Shown here: positions 39,856 to 48,870 of the stretch, piece after piece
How the letters are laid out: each line of letters begins with the position of its first letter
Numbering within the stretch: the first letter of the stretch is position 1
Origin: Acidimicrobiales bacterium
GTDB taxonomy: Bacteria; Actinomycetota; Acidimicrobiia; Acidimicrobiales; Bin134
Direction of reading: 5' to 3'
NCBI GenBank assembly: GCA_965116535.1
Contig: OZ220703.1
Span: 1,807,353-1,871,352, forward strand
Length of the DNA: 64,000 nucleotides
Position numbers and translations under genes: made by a program
Notes under the pieces: model-generated
Database searches by the model: none
What the model was told of the DNA's origin: nothing
Seen by the model: the letters and a program-made list of their open reading frames with translations, nothing else

Positions 39856-39877
39856 ATATCTGAACTAATTCAGATAT
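39856..39877 (-). promoter_or_regulatory. palindromic operator of the TA operon overlapping the -10 box
   Basis: ATATCTGAA-CTAA-TTCAGATAT; minus-strand TATTCT lies 6 nt before ATG 39846. Confidence 0.65.
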
Positions 39878-39895
39878 CAAGCAACTATCGGCCAG

Positions 39896-40069
39896 CTAGC
39901 CCCTAGCGGGGCGTCCGAAGAAGGCGCTGCCTAACGCCACGCCCACGGCAGCTCCTATCCCTATGCCGACACCGACGTTGCCTAGTGCCGCGCCAATACC
40001 TGCACCAATACCGACGCCGAGCGCGATAGCCACTCCTAACCGGGGATTGCACTTCAAATTCTTCTTCAT
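39896..40069 (-). CDS. 57-aa glycine-zipper membrane peptide (not in the ORF track)
   Basis: MKKNLKCNPRLGVAIALGVGIGAGIGAALGNVGVGIGIGAAVGVALGSAFFGRPARG*. Confidence 0.65.
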   Translation of the reverse strand: MKKNLKCNPRLGVAIALGVGIGAGIGAALGNVGVGIGIGAAVGVALGSAFFGRPARG

Positions 40070-40111
40070 TGTCCGCTCTTCATGCCCCTTCGACGTCTGG
40101 AGAGGATTCGA

Positions 40112-40546
40112 TTAGCTCCGGGTGGCGAGCACCACGTTCTCAAGGATTTCGCTGTCGCCGGTGCGGACGTACCACTCCCAGGTGATGCCGTCGGGGCCGG
40201 CTACCCAGGTCTCGGTCTTCTCGGCGAAGCAGCACTGGGTATCGTCCACCCCGGAGGTGGCCAAGCCCGACTCGCTTAGGCGGCGCTCGGCGTCGAGCAC
40301 CTCTTCGGTGGTCTCGACCTCCACCCCCAGGTGGTTGATCGTGCCCCCGACCCCGTTGAAGCACCCTTCGTCGTCGTTGCACTCGTTGTCAGTCTCGAAC
40401 AGCACCAGCTTGAGCGGGGGCTGGTCGATGGCGAAGTTGGCATACCCCGGCCGGCGCCGGGCCGGCTCCACGCCGAAGAGACGGGAGTAGAACTCCACCG
40501 CCTCCTCAAGATCGGACACGTTCAACGCGAGCTGCAACCTCATCAC
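40112..40546 (-). CDS. ArsI/CadI-family VOC metalloenzyme
   Basis: RLQLALNV, FYSRLFG, PGYANF, INHLGVEV, CCFAEK, PDGITWEWY. Confidence 0.85.
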   Translation of the reverse strand: MMRLQLALNVSDLEEAVEFYSRLFGVEPARRRPGYANFAIDQPPLKLVLFETDNECNDDEGCFNGVGGTINHLGVEVETTEEVLDAERRLSESGLATSGVDDTQCCFAEKTETWVAGPDGITWEWYVRTGDSEILENVVLATRS

Positions 40547-40932
40547 GCCTCCTCTGCCATGAATTCTAAGCGGTTGCCGAACGAATCACAGATGTAGACC
40601 CGTTCGACCCCATCGGCGGTGTCCTTGTTGACCTCGTATCCCCGAGACTGGGCCCTTTCGGCAAGTCTGGCGACATCGGAGACCAGAAAGGCCACATGTC
40701 CCTTCTTGGCCGGGCGGAAGTCCGGATCGGCACCCAAATGCAGCTGTCCGCACGAGCCCTCCGGCAGCTCGAACCAGCACCCGCCCCGCTTGGCCAACTC
40801 AGGCGGCTTCGGAATCTCAACCAACCCCAGCAGCCCGCCGTAAAACTCCCTCGCCACATCTTCACCGCCCACAGGAATTGCCACCTGCACATGGACGATG
40901 GAGCTGACCAGCGGTTTCACGCCCCCGCTCAC
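40543..40932 (-). CDS. VOC/glyoxalase family protein
   Basis: HVQVAIP..FYGGLLGL.EIPKP..RGGCWF..LHLG..HVAF..DSFGNRLE. Confidence 0.87.
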   Translation of the reverse strand: MSGGVKPLVSSIVHVQVAIPVGGEDVAREFYGGLLGLVEIPKPPELAKRGGCWFELPEGSCGQLHLGADPDFRPAKKGHVAFLVSDVARLAERAQSRGYEVNKDTADGVERVYICDSFGNRLEFMAEEA

Positions 40933-40935
40933 GGT

Positions 40936-42228
40936 TCAGCCTTCTAATGGGATGTTGTAGCGGGCGATGTAGTCGGTGAATTGGGCCCGGACAGAGGACT
41001 CGTCCAAGCCGAGGGCGGCCGGGTCGTAAACGTGTTTGCCGAACTTATCCTTGGGCTTGTCGGCCAGGTAGGCGGGGATGGCGGCAGCCAGCTCATCGGA
41101 GAACTCCAAGCCTAAGCGGTGGTATACGGCCCGCACCGCCGGCACTGGGTTGCTCACCAGATCCCGGAACAACAGGTCGGCGATCTGGTCGTCGGGTACC
41201 TCTCCCGAGGCCCGCTGGCCCATGACCATGTCCATGATCATCTGGTAGGTGAACAGCATCGTCGGGCCGCTCTCACTCGGGGCAACCGAATCGCTACGCA
41301 TCCAGTGAAGGGTGGTGGTGAGGTTGGCCACCGAGCCCAGAAACCTGATCGGGTCGCGATGGGTCAGGATCACCCGGGCATCGGGGTAGGCGGCAAACAG
41401 GTCCGGAAGCGTTCCCATGTGGGCGGGCGACTTCAACAGAAACCGAGCCGGAGCGCCGTCGATGTGCTGCAAGGTCCGCAGGAAGTTCTTGTGCCACCGG
41501 TACACCGCGCCGAAGTCGAGGTCCGCTCCACGAGCGCCCAGATTGCCGATGGAGTGCATCATCGGCCAGTGCCAGCTGCGGAACTCCGGCTGGCAAAAGT
41601 GGACGCACTCCACCGGCAGGTCGCTGCGCAGCTCGTGCATGGTCATGAACTCGGGCTGGATGTCGGCCCAAAACTCCTGCTCAGGCTCACTGCACGCCAG
41701 CGCATCGGCCCCAGATTCGGGCAGCGTGCCCAGCGGGAAGTGGGCCTCATATCCCCGCACCCCCCGCAGGTTGGGGTCCAGCGCAAGTAGTTCCAGCAAG
41801 ATGGTGGTCCCGGTGCGGGGCGGCCCCGACACGAACACCGGCGCGGCAACGTCAGCCGCGAGGGCCTCAGGATTGGCCCGCCAATAGTCCACCATCCGCA
41901 GCCGGTTTTGCAGATTGCGAATGATCTCCCCCCGGGCGCTGAGCCGCCCCACCACATTCAGTTGGGCATCTTCATTCAGCGCACCGCACAGCGCCCGATA
42001 ACCAGCCTCCCAACCCGGTTCGTCGCCCAAGTCCGACAGCCCCACCGACTCGACAGCCACGGTCAGCATCTCGTCGGCGTCCAGACTCACCATGCGAGCC
42101 GGATCGCCCACCGCGGTGCCGAACAGGTTGACCCGCCGCACCCAGTCTGGTCGGGGCAGGTGGCCGGTATGGTCCATGGCGCCGAACACTTCCGAACGCG
42201 TGTCGGTCCCGGATTCGATTTCTTTCAC
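40936..42228 (-). CDS. sulfotransferase (Sulfotransfer_3 family)
   Basis: SGPPRTGTT PAPS loop, LLKSPAH, THRDP; overlaps the ligase stop. Confidence 0.87.
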   Translation of the reverse strand: MKEIESGTDTRSEVFGAMDHTGHLPRPDWVRRVNLFGTAVGDPARMVSLDADEMLTVAVESVGLSDLGDEPGWEAGYRALCGALNEDAQLNVVGRLSARGEIIRNLQNRLRMVDYWRANPEALAADVAAPVFVSGPPRTGTTILLELLALDPNLRGVRGYEAHFPLGTLPESGADALACSEPEQEFWADIQPEFMTMHELRSDLPVECVHFCQPEFRSWHWPMMHSIGNLGARGADLDFGAVYRWHKNFLRTLQHIDGAPARFLLKSPAHMGTLPDLFAAYPDARVILTHRDPIRFLGSVANLTTTLHWMRSDSVAPSESGPTMLFTYQMIMDMVMGQRASGEVPDDQIADLLFRDLVSNPVPAVRAVYHRLGLEFSDELAAAIPAYLADKPKDKFGKHVYDPAALGLDESSVRAQFTDYIARYNIPLEG

Positions 42229-43841
42229 AATTGACCTCTGCCTTGGTGCCGACGGAACTGAATGTCACGGTACCTGCTCAGCTCATCGGCCAACTGCTCT
42301 TTGAGGCTTAGCCGCTTTGCCTTGCCGGTGACGGTGAACGGCACGTCGTCACCGAAGATCACCACTTTGGGGCAGTAGGCGAAGTCGAGTTGCTCAGCGC
42401 AGAAGTCCAGGATCTCTTGCTCGGTTGCCGGCGAGGCCTGCACCACATAGGCCGCGATCTCCTCGCCGTAGTACCGGTTCTCGAAGGGGACAGCCAATCC
42501 AAATTGAACGGATGGGTGGGCGTTGAGCACCTCGTCTATCTGGAACGGTGAGATGTTGATGCCGCCGCGGATGATCAGCTCCTTGATGCGCCCGGAGATG
42601 AAGAAGAACGGCGTCCCATCTTTGTTGGCCTCCCAGAAACCCTCGTCGCCGGAGTGGAACCAGCCGCCCTCGAAGGCGCTAGCTGTGGACTCTGGACGTC
42701 CGGCATAGCCGCCCATCACCGTGGCGCCCCGTATGACGATCTCCCCGCGCCTTCCCGCCGGGCACTGGCGGCCATCGGAGTCCTGAATCTGCACCTCCAC
42801 GTGGGGAACAGCTCTGCCGATGCTCGGGAACCCGTAGTCCAAGTACCAGGATTGGCGTTCGTCATCGGCCATGACTGGCATCATCGTGGCCACTGCGGTC
42901 ACCTCTGATAACCCGTACAGATGCCTAACCGGGATGGCGAAGTCGTCTTCGAAGGTCACCACCGTTTCCATCATGAGCGGCCCCGCTCCGCACAGCACCT
43001 CTTGGAAGCACGTCGGCGACGGCCCGCCGCCATCCGCGATGAGGAACTCAAGCAGGGTCGGAACGAGGCTGGAGACGGTGGCGCCCTCCGACTCGACATC
43101 GGTCCAGAATCGGTCAGACCGAAAGCGGTCGCACAGCACGGCCGAACCGCCCACATACCACGATTGAAGGCACGAAACCACCAGGCCGTTGACGTGGTGG
43201 ATGGGGAGCACCACGATGACCCGGGATTCGGCGTCCCACCCGGTGGCTCGAGCGAGGGCATCGCTGTCGGTGATCAGGTTGCCGACGCTGAGCTCCACGC
43301 CTTTGGGCTCTCCGGTGGTGCCGCTCGTGTATACCCGCAGTGCCGGGTGCTCCCACCCGCTCGCTGCCGCTGGCGCGACTGCCCCCACCGAGGCCACCTC
43401 ATCGAAGGGCACGATGGCTACGCCGGTCGCCTCGTGCAACTGCTCCGCTCGGCCCGCCTCGGCGGGGCTGTGTATGAGGATCCGGGCGTTGGCATGGGAG
43501 AGGATGAACCCTTGGCGATCGGGCGTCTCGTGGGCATTCAGCGGCAGGTACACCCAACCGTGGGTCCAGCAGGCGAAGGCCACCGCCAGCGCATCGGCAG
43601 CGTTGCCGGCCAGCACTGATACCGAGTCGCCGAGCTGGATTCCCCGAGCCGCCAATCCTGCCGCCGTTTCCGCCACCTGGGCCAGCCATTGCCCTCGCGA
43701 CCATTCATGACGGGTTCCGTGCTCGTGGTCGATCTCAGTCAGATAGGTGGCGTCGGTACGGCCAACGGCCTCATCGGCCAAGAACTCGCCGAATGAGCTC
43801 CAACTCGGCTGCCAATCGTCGACCGGATGCGATGGGCTCAT
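42225..43841 (-). CDS. AMP-dependent (acyl/aryl-CoA) ligase
   Basis: YTSGTTGEPKG, YGLSE, FHSGDEG, RIKELIIRGG, TGK. Confidence 0.88.
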   Translation of the reverse strand: MSPSHPVDDWQPSWSSFGEFLADEAVGRTDATYLTEIDHEHGTRHEWSRGQWLAQVAETAAGLAARGIQLGDSVSVLAGNAADALAVAFACWTHGWVYLPLNAHETPDRQGFILSHANARILIHSPAEAGRAEQLHEATGVAIVPFDEVASVGAVAPAAASGWEHPALRVYTSGTTGEPKGVELSVGNLITDSDALARATGWDAESRVIVVLPIHHVNGLVVSCLQSWYVGGSAVLCDRFRSDRFWTDVESEGATVSSLVPTLLEFLIADGGGPSPTCFQEVLCGAGPLMMETVVTFEDDFAIPVRHLYGLSEVTAVATMMPVMADDERQSWYLDYGFPSIGRAVPHVEVQIQDSDGRQCPAGRRGEIVIRGATVMGGYAGRPESTASAFEGGWFHSGDEGFWEANKDGTPFFFISGRIKELIIRGGINISPFQIDEVLNAHPSVQFGLAVPFENRYYGEEIAAYVVQASPATEQEILDFCAEQLDFAYCPKVVIFGDDVPFTVTGKAKRLSLKEQLADELSRYRDIQFRRHQGRGQL

Positions 43842-43870
43842 GCCGACGCCGGACCGCGAGCTGCCCGCTG

Positions 43871-45289
43871 CTAAGCAGCCAGCACCGGGGGATGTTGGAG
43901 GTGGTGATCGGTGGCCGACTGGAGCGCGGCTCCACAGTTGAAGAGAGTCGACTCGGCAAACGGGCGTCCGATGAGCTGCACACCCACCGGCATCCGATCC
44001 GCATCGAAGCCGCCCGGCACCGAAAGAGCGGGAAGCCCGGTGAGCGACGGCAGCCCGGTGAACTGCATGATCGCCGAAAGCATGTCCTCGTCCTCGCCGT
44101 CGATGTTGACCAGTGTCTCCCCCAGCGGCGTGGCCGTAAACGGAAGCGTGGGGCACACAATCACGTCGACTTCGGCGTAGGCCGCCAGCATTTGCTGGCG
44201 CAACAGCGCCCGGTAGCGCTGGGCCTGCACATAGTGGACGGCCGGAATCAGCTCTCCCACCTGAAGCAGCAGCCTCACATCGTCGGCATAGTCGTCGCGC
44301 TGCGAACGCAGCGTGCGCTGGTGGTAGGTGCTGGGTTCCACCGACTCAACCGTCAGCTGGGCGGAGATGTTGCCCTCGATATCGGGGATGGACACCTCTC
44401 TCACCACGGCGCCGAGGTCCTGGAACACCTCGACCGCCTCGCGAACCGCCCTTTCCACCGCGGCCTGCATGTGGTGGAGCGAATAGCCCTCGATCAATCC
44501 GACTCGCAGGCCGCTGACTCCGGCGTCGAGTCCGGCCACGTAGTCGTCCACCCCGATATCGGCAGTGCCCGGATCACGGGTGTCGTGGCCGGCCAACGCA
44601 CCCAGAAGAACGGCGCAGTCCCGAGCGCTACGGGCCATGGGTCCCACCGTGTCCATGCTCCAGGCCAGCGGTATTACGCCGGCGTTGCTGACCCGCCCGA
44701 TGGTGGGACGCAGTCCAGTGATTCCGTTGAGGGCGGACGGCAGCCGAACCGAGCCCCCCGTATCGGTGCCCAGCGCGCCGAAACAGGCTCCGGCCGCCAC
44801 CGCCACGCCGGAGCCGCCACTGGAGCCGCCGGGCATCCGCTCCTGGTTCCAGGGGTTCTTCACAAATCCGAAGGTGACGTTGGCGGAGGTTCCGCCCCAG
44901 GCGAATTCGTGGAGGTTGGTCTTGCCGATGATGATGGCGCCGGCCGACCGCAGACGCTCGACCACCGTGGCGTCGATGGTGGAGATGTTGTTTTTGAGCA
45001 CCGCGCTGCCCGCAGTGGTCAGCTTGCCGGCTACGTGGATGTTGTCCTTCAGGGCGATGGGAACGCCGTGGAGCGGCCCGATCCGGTAGCCGGCCTGGAT
45101 CATGGCAGCCGACGCTTCAGCCACTTCGAGGGCATCTTCAAACACCGAGATGTAGGCATTGGTGTCGGCGATGGCGGCGGCCTGATCCAGACATGCCCCC
45201 ACCAAATCGACCGGCGAGACCTCTCCAGCGGCCACCTGCTGCGCGGCCGTGGCGAGATCCAGCGTCAGAAGCTCGCCTGCGCCCGTCAT
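43871..45289 (-). CDS. amidase-signature family amidase (GatA/AtzE-like)
   Basis: LHGVPIALKDN, GKTNLHEF, GGSSGGS, GTDTGGSVR (Lys-cisSer-Ser triad). Confidence 0.93.
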   Translation of the reverse strand: MTGAGELLTLDLATAAQQVAAGEVSPVDLVGACLDQAAAIADTNAYISVFEDALEVAEASAAMIQAGYRIGPLHGVPIALKDNIHVAGKLTTAGSAVLKNNISTIDATVVERLRSAGAIIIGKTNLHEFAWGGTSANVTFGFVKNPWNQERMPGGSSGGSGVAVAAGACFGALGTDTGGSVRLPSALNGITGLRPTIGRVSNAGVIPLAWSMDTVGPMARSARDCAVLLGALAGHDTRDPGTADIGVDDYVAGLDAGVSGLRVGLIEGYSLHHMQAAVERAVREAVEVFQDLGAVVREVSIPDIEGNISAQLTVESVEPSTYHQRTLRSQRDDYADDVRLLLQVGELIPAVHYVQAQRYRALLRQQMLAAYAEVDVIVCPTLPFTATPLGETLVNIDGEDEDMLSAIMQFTGLPSLTGLPALSVPGGFDADRMPVGVQLIGRPFAESTLFNCGAALQSATDHHLQHPPVLAA

Positions 45290-45525
45290 CCCGATACTCC
45301 CACCATCTCGTGAGGAGCCATCCCTGTGGTGGTGTTGAACGTCTGGGCCGGCATCAGCTCTAGTACCGACTGCATCCGGGTGCTGAGGGCCACGGCACCC
45401 GGCATCCAGGCGCTGAGCAATTCGGCCACCTCCTCGGCGTCGGCGTCAGAAAGCGGTAGATCGATGAGCGCAGCAGTTGCCCTCACGTCATCCACGGTGA
45501 GTTGGGAACTCCGCACGTCACTCAT
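45286..45525 (-). CDS. small GatC/AtzG-like amidase partner (79 aa)
   Basis: LTVDDVRATAALIDLPLSDADAEEVAELL resembles the GatC N-terminus; overlaps both neighbours. Confidence 0.65.
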   Translation of the reverse strand: MSDVRSSQLTVDDVRATAALIDLPLSDADAEEVAELLSAWMPGAVALSTRMQSVLELMPAQTFNTTTGMAPHEMVGVSG

Positions 45526-45970
45526 TTGGCCTCCCGTCGCCCGCTTGGGGCGGGACTACAGCCACCGGCTCGCGCGCCGGCGGGTGGTCGTGAGAATTGG
45601 CCGGTGTCGACAGCACTTCGGCGGTGCGCTGGTCGAGTTCGTCGGAATCAAGCATGCCCTTGTCCTTCAACAACTGCTCCAGCGCCTCCATCCACCGGTC
45701 GTAGTAGCTCCATCCGGTGGTGGTGTCGTGTTCCGATTCCCATGCCTGGATAGAGCGGATCAACTCACCCTGGAACTCAGGCCAGTCGAAAGCTCCGTCA
45801 TTGTGCATGGCCGTGGCGATCGCGAAGGCGCGGATCTCCCAGGCGTGGTTGAAGGCCACGTCTCCCGATCGGCGGGGGATCTCCTCGTTGTAGGGCAGGT
45901 CGTCCACCAGGCGGTCGAGCCTCTCCCGTACTTCCGGAGGGACCACCTCGTTCATCGGAGGTATGGTCAC
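45518..45970 (-). CDS. nitrile hydratase accessory/activator protein (P14K/NhlE-like)
   Basis: FNHAWEIRAFA, FDWPEFQ, YYDRWMEALE, C-terminal HDH; downstream of nthBA. Confidence 0.9.
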   Translation of the reverse strand: MTIPPMNEVVPPEVRERLDRLVDDLPYNEEIPRRSGDVAFNHAWEIRAFAIATAMHNDGAFDWPEFQGELIRSIQAWESEHDTTTGWSYYDRWMEALEQLLKDKGMLDSDELDQRTAEVLSTPANSHDHPPAREPVAVVPPQAGDGRPNE

Positions 45971-45981
45971 ACCGACGGCCT

Positions 45982-46605
45982 CTACTCCGGAACGCTCACA
46001 TCAGTCAGCCCGATCAGTGAATCACGGGTGACGAGGGCGGCGAGTTCCTCCTCGCTCCATCCCTCGGTGCCCTCCGGACGCCGGGGCAGAATCCAGTAGC
46101 GAAGCTCGGCGCTGGAGTCCCACACCTTCACTTCGACGTCTGGACCTGGATCGAACCCGAATTCGGCCATCACGCCGCGGGGGTCCCGCACGGTGCGGGA
46201 GCGGTATGCGGGGTATTTGTACCAGTTCGGCGGGAGCCCGAGCACGGGCCACGGATAGCACGAGCAAAGCGTGCAAACCACGATATTGTGCACGTCGTCG
46301 GTGTTTTCGAGGACGATCATCTCCTCGCCTTGGATGCCCCCGATGTCGATCTGGCGACAAGCCGCGGTCGCGTCGGCTAATAGGAGGAGCTTGAATTCGG
46401 GGTCGACCCAGGCCCTAGCCGTTGCCCTCGCGCCAAGGTGTGGTCCAACCTCATTCTCGAACACTGACGACATGTAGTCGATCGCGTCGGAGGCAATGAG
46501 GTCCTTCTCCACCAGGATCGACTCCATCGCCTTGACGCGGGCGGCGATCTCCTCGTCGCTTCGGGGGAAGGTTCCAGCTACCGGGTGTGGCCCTTGCGTT
46601 GTCAT
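45982..46605 (-). CDS. nthA: cobalt-type nitrile hydratase alpha subunit
   Basis: [12 protein letters not shown] claw (Thr/Tyr = Co-type), [13 protein letters not shown]. Confidence 0.96.
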   Translation of the reverse strand: MTTQGPHPVAGTFPRSDEEIAARVKAMESILVEKDLIASDAIDYMSSVFENEVGPHLGARATARAWVDPEFKLLLLADATAACRQIDIGGIQGEEMIVLENTDDVHNIVVCTLCSCYPWPVLGLPPNWYKYPAYRSRTVRDPRGVMAEFGFDPGPDVEVKVWDSSAELRYWILPRRPEGTEGWSEEELAALVTRDSLIGLTDVSVPE

Positions 46606-46667
46606 TTTGGTCTTCCTGTCTATTGAGAATCGGGGGTGTCGAAGAATCCGGCCGTTCTAAACGCCAC

Positions 46668-47342
46668 TCAGGCGGGCAGTAGATAGGGCTCCCACAGGTC
46701 GATGTAGACCGTGGTGTTGGCCCCCTCGTCGCCCCATAGCTCTTCACCAGTGAACTCCACGGTGTACACGTACTCGGAGCCCTCGCCCTCGCCCATGGCG
46801 TTGGTGTCGGGATAGACGTAGGAGCCGTGAAGGGTGGCGATGGTCCCGGTGCGCCCCCGCACGTAGCCGGCCCGCCGGGTGTGGCCCAGCGAGGGCCCGT
46901 CGACCACGGTGACCCTGTCGCCGGTGGCGAACTTGGCGGGCTCATCGTTGGGGCGGTGGTAGTCGTCGCCGGAGGCGATCAGCCCCTTCAGCGTCTCCAC
47001 CATCTCCGGCTTGCTGCTGGGGGGAAGCTGTTCGTCGGGGTTGTCCATGTAGTACTGGGTGCGCCGCTCGAGCTCGCCGGCGTCGAAAATGCCCCTCTCT
47101 ACGCCGTAGTGGATCATGGAGTCGATCCAGTGCTCGTAGTACCGCGCCGTGATGTAGTCGTGCGGGGGGATCTGCTCCATGCCGTGGCGGAATTCGTCGA
47201 GGTTGAACGCTCCGGCCATGGCCATGGCTGGGAACATCACCAAGACCGTTTTCTCCCAGTCGGAGTGGAAGATGGGCTCGTCATCGGGATGGTGGATTGG
47301 GCCGAATCCATGTCGGCCCCCGAGGTCGTGAATACCGTCCAT
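46668..47342 (-). CDS. nthB: nitrile hydratase beta subunit
   Basis: MDGIHDLGG, DEFRHGMEQ, YYEHW, HTRRAGYVRG, DLWEPYL. Confidence 0.96.
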   Translation of the reverse strand: MDGIHDLGGRHGFGPIHHPDDEPIFHSDWEKTVLVMFPAMAMAGAFNLDEFRHGMEQIPPHDYITARYYEHWIDSMIHYGVERGIFDAGELERRTQYYMDNPDEQLPPSSKPEMVETLKGLIASGDDYHRPNDEPAKFATGDRVTVVDGPSLGHTRRAGYVRGRTGTIATLHGSYVYPDTNAMGEGEGSEYVYTVEFTGEELWGDEGANTTVYIDLWEPYLLPA

Positions 47343-47371
47343 ATCAAGCGCCTCCTCGTCTTAAAGCTCCG

Positions 47372-47415
47372 ACCCTAGACCGCGCCTCGTAATGTGTCAA
47401 TCAGCATCGACCTAT
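47372..47415 (-). promoter_or_regulatory. nthB promoter with shared operator
   Basis: TTGACA-N17-TAGGGT on minus strand; 24-mer ATAGGTCGATGCTGATTGACACAT covers the -35 box. Confidence 0.75.
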
Positions 47416-47448
47416 AGACCTGACCGCTGAGCAGGGGCTTGCGAAGCG

Positions 47449-48870
47449 CTACGCCACTACCTCATCGAGCACTTTGATCACGTCTTCTTCGGCCCGGGCC
47501 AAGTACAGCCGCTGCGTGGCCATGTTGCGCTGGCCGACGCTTTCCTGGTCGGATTTGCGGGTCCGCCAGTCGGAGGCAAGGTGGCTGGGACCGGCGTCGG
47601 GGTGGAGCGCGGCCAGCTCGAGGTACTGCCTGATCGCCTCGTACACGTTGGTTGACAGCGAAGACAGCGGGGGCGCCCAGTGCCCGAAATGCTCCCGATA
47701 GGCCCGCAGCAGCTCTTTGTTGCCCGGACTCGACACGCTCTGGAAGTAGTTGAGGGCAGTCCAAATGCCATTGCCGGCTGCTGGGCCCACATGCTCCAAG
47801 GTGCATTCATCCATCACCAGCGACACTCGGCTGGCCAGGTCCCGCAAACCGGCCTCGCTGGCCTGCTGTTGGAACGCGACCTCGTCGGCGCCCACCAACG
47901 ATGACATCACCACATCGGCGCCCGAGGCGCGGATGCTATCGATGATCGGGGTGAATTCCCGGGTTCCCAGCGGGGTGAAGCGCTGGGCCACCACCCGGCT
48001 GCCCGACGCGTCAAGGATTCTGGCCGCGGCCCGATGGGCTCCGAACGACCAACTGTATTGCTGGCCCACCAGGAACCAGCGATTTCCTCCGGTCTCGCGC
48101 TCCACGATCCGCGACAAAGCGGCCATCTGGGCCTCAGGGCGCTCCCCGAACCGGATCACCTTTTTCGCCTCCATGCCACCCTCGTTGATCACGGGATGCA
48201 CCATGAGCACGTCGTGGACTTCGGCGGCCGCGGTCGCAGCGGCGAAGCTGGCCGATGTGACGCAGGCGAAGATGGCCTGACAGCCGGCCTCGATGAGCCT
48301 GACCGTCTCCCTTCGGGCCTGGACGTGGTCGGTGGCGTCGTCGGCGATCAGCAACTCGACGGGACGTTGGCCCACACCCCCGCTGGCGTTGACCTGTTCG
48401 ACGGCGAGCAGTGCCATGTACTCCGCGGCCATCGAGTAGACGGCTCCCGACCCTGACTTGCTGGTCAAAAGGCCGATCCGCCGGCCCCCGGTGGGTGCGG
48501 GCAGCGGCAGCGACGCTCCTCGATGGCGGGCCAGCCATTCAATGCCCTCAGAGGGCACCTGGGCCCGAAACCGCACCCGGGTTTGCGCCGCGCCGGTCCG
48601 CTCGAATTTGATGCGAAGCTGCCCTCGCCACGGCTGATCGTGCTCGATCACGATCTCCCGCCCCGGCAGAACAACCCGCAAGCGGCCCAACACCTGGGCA
48701 TCGCAGCCCCCGGGTAAATCTATGGCCACCGCGTAGCCGGGCGCGACCCGGTGACACCGTGCCCGGAACATCCACCCCGCGTCGTCTCGCCTGCCGAATC
48801 GCTCGAATGCCTCTGCCGGCGTCAGATTGACGTCAGCCTCACTCGACAAGGTGACGGTCGCGGAAGTCAC
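47449..48870 (-). CDS. cytoplasmic AmiC/NhlC-like amide-sensing protein with N-terminal SRPBCC-like domain
   Basis: no signal peptide; RIGLL..SG..VEQVNASGGV..ELLIADD..TSAS..NEGG..GE.P type-1 PBP fold; N-terminal about 110 aa SRPBCC-like. Confidence 0.75.
   Translation of the reverse strand: MTSATVTLSSEADVNLTPAEAFERFGRRDDAGWMFRARCHRVAPGYAVAIDLPGGCDAQVLGRLRVVLPGREIVIEHDQPWRGQLRIKFERTGAAQTRVRFRAQVPSEGIEWLARHRGASLPLPAPTGGRRIGLLTSKSGSGAVYSMAAEYMALLAVEQVNASGGVGQRPVELLIADDATDHVQARRETVRLIEAGCQAIFACVTSASFAAATAAAEVHDVLMVHPVINEGGMEAKKVIRFGERPEAQMAALSRIVERETGGNRWFLVGQQYSWSFGAHRAAARILDASGSRVVAQRFTPLGTREFTPIIDSIRASGADVVMSSLVGADEVAFQQQASEAGLRDLASRVSLVMDECTLEHVGPAAGNGIWTALNYFQSVSSPGNKELLRAYREHFGHWAPPLSSLSTNVYEAIRQYLELAALHPDAGPSHLASDWRTRKSDQESVGQRNMATQRLYLARAEEDVIKVLDEVVA

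Noticed and set aside
45982-46605. NHLP/RiPP precursor or thiocyanate hydrolase
   Set aside because: Full-length alpha subunit with an intact CTLCSC claw and an unsplit beta subunit indicate a genuine nitrile hydratase.
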